Of a stretch of 7,556 bases of DNA, positions 1 to 6,168 are shown piece after piece (position 1 is the stretch's first letter; every line of letters begins with the position of its first letter). The stretch is from the NCBI RefSeq assembly GCF_006345805.1, contig NW_021828846.1:1-7556 (forward strand), written 5' to 3'. The notes beneath the pieces were generated by a model. That model was not told the origin of the DNA. It made no database searches and saw only the letters and a list, made by a program, of their open reading frames with translations. The DNA is from Octopus sinensis. Lineage: Eukaryota. The translations under genes and the position numbers were made by a program.

Positions 1-137
1 CACCATCCCTTGCCGGAGCCACGTGGAGCTTTAGGTGTTTTCGCTCAATAAACACTCACAACGCGCGGTCTGGGAATCGAAACCGCGATCTTATGACCGC
101 GAGTCCGCTGCCCTAACCATTGGGCCATTGCGCCTCC
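1..137 (-). mobile_element. tRNA-derived SINE, 5' part (runs off the window start)
   Basis: Reverse complement reads GGAGGCGCAATGGCCCAATGGTTAGGGCAGCGGACTCGCGG...GGTTTCGATTCCCAGACC: A box (TGGCCCAATGG) and B-box-like GTTTCGATTCC, no acceptor-stem closure, then a non-tRNA body. Resembles an octopus SINE family from memory. Confidence 0.8.
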
Positions 138-189
138 ACTATTTATATTTACACATGCGAACACGTGAGTATGTGTAAAAAATAATGGT

Positions 190-335
190 GAAGTTACGTA
201 GGCTGGTAGTAAGACTACTGGGCTACCGAGTTCAAGGTTGTGTGTTCAATATCCGGGTCGGGCGGAGCGCTGTGTCCTTGATGAAGGCACTTCTTTTAAA
301 GTTGATTCCGGTTGCATTTGCTGCAAAAATGGTTC
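190..335 (+). mobile_element. Highly degraded tRNA-derived SINE remnant
   Basis: Decayed A-box-like region (ggctggtagtaag), B-box-like gtgttcaatatcc, then gtgtccttgatgaaggcactt, which resembles a CORE-type SINE central motif. Boundaries approximate. Confidence 0.45.
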
Positions 336-351
336 ATCGGAAATGATTAGC

Positions 352-641
352 CTGAAAATATTGCAGATAGAAAATGTCAACGGCCTTTGACGGGTATCGG
401 GTAACGGTAACACACACACGGACACACGGACACACACAAACACAGATTGTTATTATCATATATAGGTTCTGATGATGCAAACAACAGAATTTAAACCATG
501 AGAATATATGTGTCTCTTTGTGTGTGTGTGCGTGGGTGTGTGTTTATTGTAATTAACAAATTAATGTGTGTACATGTATGTAATACAGTTATCAAGTAAC
601 CATCAAAGGCCGTTGACATTTTGTATCTGTAAAGTTTTCAG
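352..641. repeat. Foldback/inverted repeat with 42-bp arms (MITE-like, or two opposed repeat fragments)
   Basis: 352-393 versus the reverse complement of 600-641: 37/42 identical, including a perfect 20-bp AAAATGTCAACGGCCTTTGA. Interior has (CA)-rich (411-442) and (TG)-rich (517-542) tracts. Confidence 0.8.
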
Positions 642-667
642 CCTATATCTATATAATTATAATTAAA

Positions 668-909
668 GGATCTTTTCGGTTTGAACGGCAGTTTTTAGCA
701 TACTTTCTAGGTAACTAAAAAATTTTAGACTTCATATATTGGTAGAATGTGTTTATAAAACATCTTTTTCTCTTCGCTTTATTGAGAAAATTCTATGGTT
801 TATAAGATATTTGTTGTTTTTTTTCTTCAATTTTTGCAATTTCAACCAATCATTGACGTCTTTTGAGGTAAAAAAAACATTCTGTGCCGTATGAATATGT
901 CCCTCATTT
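668..909 (+). mobile_element. Truncated left part of the MITE, in tandem with the complete copy
   Basis: Starts with the same TIR GGATCTTTTCGGTTTGAACGGCAGTTTTT (668-696) and is colinear with 910-~1155, with scattered substitutions and small indels. Confidence 0.85.
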
Positions 910-1323
910 GGATCTTTTCGGTTTGAACGGCAGTTTTTTAAAATCATTTCCACGTAACTAAACACTTTTAAACTTCGTATACTGGTAGAATGTGTTTATA
1001 AAACATCTTTTTCTCTTGGCTTTATTGAGAAAATTCTAGAGTTTGTAAGATACTTGTTGTTGTTTTTTCTTCAATTTCTGCACTTTCTACCAATCAATGA
1101 CGTCTTTTGAGGTAAAAAAAAACATTCTGTGCAGTATGAAAATGTACCTCGTTTAAGAAACAGATTGGGTTTATTTACATTTGTGAAGAAAAAAAGATAC
1201 CCTTCCCACCCCTAACCCTAAAACAGATTGAAATGCAATAGATCGATACTAAGGTCATAATTATGGGTGAAAATTTCATATGATACTGCTAGAAAAAACT
1301 GCCGTTCAAACCGAAAAGTTCCC
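910..1323 (+). mobile_element. Non-autonomous DNA transposon (MITE) with ~29-bp TIRs
   Basis: Left TIR 910-938 GGATCTTTTCGGTTTGAACGGCAGTTTTT; right TIR 1294-1322 AAAAACTGCCGTTCAAACCGAAAAGTTCC (one mismatch). No transposase ORF. TSD and superfamily not resolvable. Confidence 0.85.
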
Positions 1324-1374
1324 GATTTTGTTTAACTGATTAGCTTTTTGTTTTCTTCTTCTTTCTGTTTCTCT

Positions 1375-1519
1375 TTCAGCAGAAAGAAATCGATAGAATA
1401 AGTACAAGGCTTTTAAAAAAATTAAGTATTAGGGTCGATTCATTCGACTAAAAGTCCATCATCGTGGTACCCCAGCATGGCCGCAGTCTAATGACTGAAA
1501 CAAAATTTAAAAAAAAAAA
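1375..1519 (+). mobile_element. Old 5'-truncated SINE/LINE-type 3' tail (copy 1)
   Basis: cgatagaataagtac...ggtcgattcattcgactaaa...ccagcatggccgcagtctaatgactgaaac aligns to the 3' end of the young SINEs (e.g. 3972-4070) and ends in an A-rich tail. Confidence 0.85.
1509..1519 (-). terminator. Pol III terminator (T11) for tRNA copy 1
   Basis: Run of 11 A on the + strand, i.e. a T-run starting 13 nt downstream of the tRNA 3' end. Confidence 0.7.
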
Positions 1520-1531
1520 CCAAACATAAAC

Positions 1532-1613
1532 CGCTGCGGGCAGGATTCGAACCTGCGCGGGTATAACCCATTGGATTTCAAGTCCAACGCCTTAACCACT
1601 CGGCCACCACAGC
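1532..1613 (-). tRNA. tRNA-Ser-TGA: tRNA-Ser(TGA), copy 1
   Basis: GCTGTGGTGGCCGAGTGGTTAAGGCGTTGGACTTGAAATCCAATGGGTTATACCCGCGCAGGTTCGAATCCTGCCCGCAGCG: acceptor stem GCTGTGG/CCGCAGC, G discriminator, anticodon arm TTGGA-CTTGAAA-TCCAA, long variable arm, A and B boxes. Confidence 0.97.
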
Positions 1614-1698
1614 AGCTGATAGAAGTGACCTACAAATATTATTTGATACGATTTTATTTAATTGATTAGCTCTTCTCTTTCTTTTCTCTGTTTCTTTA

Positions 1699-1835
1699 GC
1701 TTCTTTCCCCAATCTCTCGTCAATCCGTTTGGAAGATATTGATCAGCCCAAAGCTTTAGTAGAAGACACTTGCCGAAGCCGCCACGTCATAGAATCGAAC
1801 TGGGGACCACGCGGTTGCGAAGCAAAATTCTCAGC
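1699..1835 (-). mobile_element. Old diverged SINE head/core (L spacer 1)
   Basis: Reverse complement ...CAGTTCGATTC...GGCAAGTGTCTTCTACTAAAGC...GAAAGAAGC aligns with the head of the young SINE. Confidence 0.8.
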
Positions 1836-1875
1836 TTTAAAAGCTTTAAAAAAATAATTTAAAAAGCGAATAAGT

Positions 1876-2472
1876 GGCAGGAGTGGCTGTTGGTAAGTAG
1901 ATTGCTAACCAACCACATGGTCCGGGTCAGTCCCACTGCGTGGCATCTTGGGCAAGTGTCTTCTGCTATAGCCCCGGGCCGACCAAAGCTTGTGAGTGGA
2001 TTTGGTAGACGGAAACTGAAAGAAGCCTGTCGTATATATATATATATATAGGCGCAGGAGTGGCTGTGTGGTAAGTAGCTTGCTAACCAAACACATGGTT
2101 CCGGGTTCAGTCCCACGCGTTGCATCTTGGGCAAGTGTCTTCTGCTATAGCCCCGGGCCGACACAATGCTTGTGTGAGTAGATTTGGTAGACGGAAACTG
2201 AAAGAAGCCTGTCGTATATATGTATATATATATATATGTGTGTGTGTGTGTTGGTTTGTGTCTGTGTTTGTTCCACTAGCGTTGCTTGACAAAAGATGCT
2301 GGTGTGTTTACGTCCCCGTCACTTAGCGGTTCGGCAAAAGAGACCGATAGAATAAGAATACTGGGCTTACAAAGAATAAGTCCCGCGGTCGATTTGCTCG
2401 ACTAAAGGCGGTGCTCCAGCATGGCCGCAGTCAAATGACTGAAACAAGTAAAAGAGTTAAAAGGGTAAAGAG
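1876..2472 (+). mobile_element. Young tRNA-derived SINE A, double-headed (head 1 1876-2050; complete unit 2051-2472)
   Basis: A-box-like TGGCTGTGTGG, B-box-like GGTTCAGTCCC, core CTTGGGCAAGTGTCTTCT, internal (TA)n(TG)n, tail of GTAAAAGA-like repeats. TSD TAAGT at 1871-1875 and 2473-2477. Confidence 0.92.
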
Positions 2473-2552
2473 TAAGTCTTTGGAAAAGAAGTGGAGAAAG
2501 TAACACTACAAAAACCAAAAAAGAAATCGACAAAAAGACACCAAAACCAAGT

Positions 2553-2634
2553 CGCTGCGGGCAGGATTCGAACCTGCGCGGGTATAACCCATTGGATTTC
2601 AAGTCCAACGCCTTAACCACTCGGCCACCACAGC
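2553..2634 (-). tRNA. tRNA-Ser-TGA: tRNA-Ser(TGA), copy 2
   Basis: Identical to copy 1; T4 and T5 runs downstream. Confidence 0.97.
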
Positions 2635-2719
2635 AGCTGATAGAAGTGACCTACAAATATTATTTAATACGATTTTATTTAATTGATTAGCTCTTCTCTT
2701 TCTTTTCTCTGTTTCTTTA

Positions 2720-2856
2720 GCTTCTTTCCCCAATCTCTCGTCAATCCGTTCACAAGATATTGATCAGCCCAAAGCTTTAGTAGAAGACACTTGCCGAAGA
2801 CGCAACGTCATAGAATCGATCTGGAGATCACGAGGTTGCGAAGCAAAATTCTCAGT
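2720..2856 (-). mobile_element. Old diverged SINE head/core (L spacer 2)
   Basis: Paralog of 1699-1835. Confidence 0.8.
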
Positions 2857-2968
2857 TTTAAAAGCTTTATAAAAATATTTTTAAAAAGCGAATAAGTCTT
2901 TGGAAAAGAAGTGGAGAAAGTAAAACTACAAAAACAAAAAAGAAATCGACAAAAATACACCAAAATTA

Positions 2969-3140
2969 GGTTTGTTTATGTCCCCGTGCCTTAGCGATTC
3001 AGCAGAAAGAGATCGATAGAATAAGTACCAGGCTTTAAAAAAAATTAAGTATTAGGGTCGATTCATTCGACTAAAAGTCCATCATCGTGGTACCCCAGCA
3101 TGGCCGCAGTCTAATGACTGAAAGAAAATTTTTAAAAAAA
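2969..3140 (+). mobile_element. Old 5'-truncated SINE/LINE-type 3' tail (copy 2)
   Basis: ggtttgtttatgtccccgtgccttagcgattc... aligns to ggtgtgtttacgtccccgtcacttagcggttc of the young SINE tail; paralog of 1375-1519. Confidence 0.85.
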
Positions 3141-3154
3141 TACTAAACATAAAT

Positions 3155-3236
3155 CGCTGCGGGCAGGATTCGAACCTGCGCGGGTATAACCCATTGGATT
3201 TCAAGTCCAACGCCTTAACCACTCGGCCACCACAGC
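3155..3236 (-). tRNA. tRNA-Ser-TGA: tRNA-Ser(TGA), copy 3
   Basis: Identical to copy 1; T7 run downstream (A-run at 3134-3140). Confidence 0.97.
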
Positions 3237-3320
3237 AGTTGATACAAGTGACCTACAAATATTATTTGATACGATTTTATTTATTGATTAGCTCTTCTCT
3301 TTCTTTTCTCTGTTTCCTTA

Positions 3321-3457
3321 GCTTCTTTCCCCAATCTCTCGTCAATCCGTTCACAAGATATTGATCAGCCCAAAGCTTTAGTAGAAGACACTTGCCGAAG
3401 CCGCCACGTCATAGAATCGAACTGGAGACCACGCGGTTGCGAAGCAAAATTCTCAGC
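3321..3457 (-). mobile_element. Old diverged SINE head/core (L spacer 3)
   Basis: Paralog of 1699-1835. Confidence 0.8.
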
Positions 3458-3497
3458 TTTAAAAGCTTTAAAAAAATAATTTAAAAAGCGAATAAGT

Positions 3498-3847
3498 GGC
3501 AGGAGTGGCTGTTTGGTAAGTAGATTGCTAACCAACCACATGGTTCCGGGTTCAGTCCCACTGCGTGGCATCTTGGGCAAGTGTCTTCTGCTATAGCCCC
3601 GGGCCGACCAAAGCCTTGTGAGTGGATTTGGTAGACGGAAACTGAAAGAAGCCTGTCGTATATATATATATATATAGGCGCAGGAGTGGCTGTGTGGTAA
3701 GTAGCTTGCTAACCAACCACATGGTTCCGGGTTCAGTCCCACTGCGTTGCATCTTGGGCAAGTGTCTTCTGCTATAGCCCCGGGCCGACCAATGCTTTGT
3801 GAGTAGATTTGGTAGACGGAAACTGAAAGAAGCCTGTCGTATATATG

Positions 3848-3882
<35 letters not shown>

Positions 3883-4096
3883 TTGTGTCTGTGTTTGTCC
3901 CCCTAGCGTTGCTTGACAAAAGATGCTGGTGTGTTTACGTCCCCGTCACTTAGCGGTTCGGCAAAAGAGACCGATAGAATAAGTACTGGGCTTACAAAGA
4001 ATAAGTCCCGCGGTCGATTTGCTCGACTAAAGGCGGTGCTCCAGCATGGCCGCAGTCAAATGACTGAAACAAGTAAAAGAGTAAAAGGGTAAAGAG
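3498..4096 (+). mobile_element. Young SINE B, double-headed (second head starts at 3677)
   Basis: Same structure as SINE A; TSD TAAGT at 3493-3497 and 4097-4101. Confidence 0.92.
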
Positions 4097-4176
4097 TAAG
4101 TCTTTGGAAAAGAAGTGGAGAAAGTAAAACTACAAAAACCAAAAAAGAAATCGACAAAAAGACACCAAAACTAAGT

Positions 4177-4258
4177 CGCTGCGGGCAGGATTCGAACCTG
4201 CGCGGGTACAACCCATTGGATTTCAAGTCCAACGCCTTAACCACTCGGCCACCACAGC
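4177..4258 (-). tRNA. tRNA-Ser-TGA: tRNA-Ser(TGA), copy 4
   Basis: As copy 1, but variable arm GGGTTGTACCC. Confidence 0.97.
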
Positions 4259-4398
4259 CGCTGATTGTTTAGTTCCACAAATGTCTAAATATTTCTCTAA
4301 AGAATGAAAGCGAATAAAGAGATTTAAAACCATTAAAAATATCTGTAAAGTAATTAAAAGTACTAAAGAAGCAATAGAAAATAAAATACGAAACGAAC

Positions 4399-4480
4399 CG
4401 CTGCGGGCAGGATTCGAACCTGCGCGGGTATAACCCACTGGATTTCGAGTCCAACGCCTTAACCACTCGGCCACCACAGC
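4399..4480 (-). tRNA. tRNA-Ser-CGA: tRNA-Ser(CGA), copy 5
   Basis: Anticodon arm TTGGA-CTCGAAA-TCCAG (anticodon at 4445-4447). Differs from copy 1 only at 4447 and 4438; the latter makes a T:G pair at the top of the anticodon stem. Confidence 0.9.
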
Positions 4481-4569
4481 AGCTGATAGAAGTGACCTAC
4501 AAATATTATTTGATACGATTTTATTTAATTGATTAGCTTTCTCTTTCTGTTCTTGTATCTGTTATTTTT

Positions 4570-4706
4570 GCTTCTTTCCCCAATCTCTCGTCAATCCGTT
4601 CACAAGATATTGATCAGCCCAAAGCTTTAGTAGAAGACACTGGCCGAAGACGCAGCGTCATAGAATCGAACTGGAGATCACGCAGGTGCGAATCAAAATG
4701 TTTAGC
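4570..4706 (-). mobile_element. Old diverged SINE head/core (L spacer 4)
   Basis: Paralog of 1699-1835, somewhat more diverged. Confidence 0.78.
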
Positions 4707-4747
4707 TTTCAAAGCTTTAAAAAAATATTTTTAAAAAGCGAATACGT

Positions 4748-4908
4748 GGCAGGAGTGGCTGTGTGGTAAGTAGCTTGCTAACCAACCATATGGTTCCGGG
4801 TTCAGTCCCACTGCGTGGCATCTTGGGCAAGTGTCTTCTGCTATAGCCCCGGGTCGACCAATGCCTTGTGAGTAGATTTGGTAGACGGAAACTGAAGGAA
4901 GCCTGTCG

Positions 4909-4939
<31 letters not shown>

Positions 4940-5149
4940 TTGTGTCTGTGTTTGTCCCCCTAGCGTTGCTTGACAACCGATGCTGGTGTGTTTACGTCCC
5001 CGTCACTTAGCGGTTCGGCAAAAGAGACGGATAGAATAAGTACTGGGGCTTACAAGAATAAGTCCTGGGGTCGATTGCTCGACTAAAGGCGGTGCCCAGC
5101 ATGGCCGCAGTCAAATGACTGAAACAGTAAAGAGTAAAAGAGTAAAGAG
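4748..5149 (+). mobile_element. Young SINE C, single-headed
   Basis: Same insertion site as A and B; TSD decayed (TACGT 4743-4747, TGAGT 5150-5154). Confidence 0.92.
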
Positions 5150-5229
5150 TGAGTCTTTGGAAAAGAAGTGGAGAAAGTAAAACGACAAAAACAAAAAAAG
5201 AAATCGACAAAAAGACACCAAAACTAAGT

Positions 5230-5311
5230 CGCTGCGGGCAGGATTCGAACCTGCGCGGGTACAACCCATTGGATTTCAAGTCCAACGCCTTAACCACTCG
5301 GCCACCACAGC
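5230..5311 (-). tRNA. tRNA-Ser-TGA: tRNA-Ser(TGA), copy 6
   Basis: Identical to copy 4. Confidence 0.97.
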
Positions 5312-5383
5312 AGTTGATAGTGAGATCTACAAATGTCTAAATATTTCTCTGATTTAATTTGGAATTTCGTAACTGATTAACTT

Positions 5384-5520
5384 TCACTTTCTTTCTCCTT
5401 CTCACTCTCGTACTCTCTCTCTCTCTCTCTCTTTCTCTCTCCTTCTCCCGTACTCTCTCCCTCTCTCTTTCTCTCGTTCCCTCTCACTGGCTCTCTTCCT
5501 TTTTCCTTTCTCAATCTCTT
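5384..5520. repeat. (CT)-rich polypyrimidine microsatellite
   Basis: Degenerate (CT)n tract; paralog at ~7304-7435. Confidence 0.85.
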
Positions 5521-5533
5521 ACTATTGCCTCTC

Positions 5534-5580
5534 ACCATGTGGTTGGTTAGCAAGCTACTTACCACACAGCCACTCCTGCG
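5534..5580 (-). mobile_element. 47-bp 5'-end fragment of the young SINE
   Basis: Reverse complement CGCAGGAGTGGCTGTGTGGTAAGTAGCTTGCTAACCAACCACATGGT exactly matches the head starting at 3679. Confidence 0.9.
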
Positions 5581-5644
5581 TGTGTATATACATTTGTATG
5601 TGCATATAAATATATGTACGCGTGTGCGTGTGCATGTGTGTTTT

Positions 5645-5745
5645 GCCAAAGGTTTATAAGAAGATGTTACCGATAACACAACATTGAGGAATCGAACTTG
5701 AGACGACGAGACTGCAAAGCAAATTCTTAGTTATTCAACGGCACT
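5645..5745 (-). mobile_element. Very old SINE head remnant (M spacer)
   Basis: Reverse complement ...AAGAATTTGCTTTGCAG...AAGTTCGATTCC...CATCTTCTTATAAACC: B box retained, alignable to the old heads in the L spacers. Confidence 0.55.
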
Positions 5746-5866
5746 TTCATCTAATATTTAAAAAGAATGAAAGCGAATAAAGCGATTTAAACCCATTGAA
5801 AAAATCAGTAAAGTAATTAAAAGTACTAAAGAAGCGATAGAAAAAAAAAAAGGACACGAAACAGAC

Positions 5867-5948
5867 CGCTGCGGGCAGGATTCGAACCTGCGCGGGTACA
5901 ACCCATTGGATTTCAAGTCCAACGCCTTAACCACTCGGCCACCACAGC
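5867..5948 (-). tRNA. tRNA-Ser-TGA: tRNA-Ser(TGA), copy 7
   Basis: Identical to copy 4; long T-run downstream (A-run at 5841-5851). Confidence 0.97.
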
Positions 5949-6086
5949 CGCTGATTGTTCGGTTCCGCAAATGTCTAAATATTTCTCTAAAGAATGAAAG
6001 CGAATAAATCAATTTAAAACCATTGAAAAAATCAGTAAAGTAATTAAAAGCACTAAAGAAGCAATAGAAAAAAATACGAAACGGAC

Positions 6087-6168
6087 CGCTGCGGGCAGGA
6101 TTCGAACCTACGTGGGTATAACCCATTGGATTTCAAGTCCAACGCCTTAACCACTCGGCCACCACTGC
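6087..6168 (-). pseudogene. tRNA-Ser-TGA: Degenerate tRNA-Ser(TGA), copy 8 (possible pseudogene)
   Basis: Three substitutions versus copy 1: 6166 (A:A mismatch at acceptor pair 3:70), 6110 (T:G in the T stem), 6113 (G to A after the variable arm). A and B boxes intact. Confidence 0.65.

Noticed and set aside
60-137. Possible real tRNA gene at the window start
   Set aside because: It has A/B-box-like motifs but no acceptor-stem closure or terminator, and it continues into a SINE body.
246-965. ORFs 246-443 and 753-965
   Set aside because: Short, lie within SINE, foldback or MITE sequence, and have no recognisable domain.
1532-1613. Selenocysteine or suppressor tRNA
   Set aside because: The anticodon on the coding strand is TGA (reads UCA), not TCA, and the cloverleaf is a standard 7/5 serine type.
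1876-2360. Many 1-2 bp indels in SINE A and SINE C relative to B and D (e.g. ggtcc vs ggttcc, gcttg vs gccttg, gtgccc vs gtgctcc)
   Set aside because: The pattern resembles residual long-read consensus error, so it was not treated as biology. It is also a caution for the single-base findings.
2402-2620. Repeated ORF family MVKALDLKSNGLYPRRFESCPQR... (also 4056-4244, 4223-4477, 4269-4466, 5007-5297, 5149-5340, 5758-6126, 6053-6346, 6965-7189, 7029-7217, 7077-7277)
   Set aside because: These are translations of the tRNA-Ser gene and its flanks in various frames. Lengths vary with indels and there is no coding signal.
3365-3919. 184-aa ORF and related ORFs (1859-2164, 1905-2096, 2107-2292, 2120-2326, 4731-4976, 6610-6837)
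   Set aside because: Antisense or sense reads through SINE heads and (TA)/(TG) microsatellites (HTHT, YIYI runs); frames are not conserved between copies.
5377-5679. 100-aa ORF with an ERE-rich end
   Set aside because: Translation of the (GA)n strand of a microsatellite.
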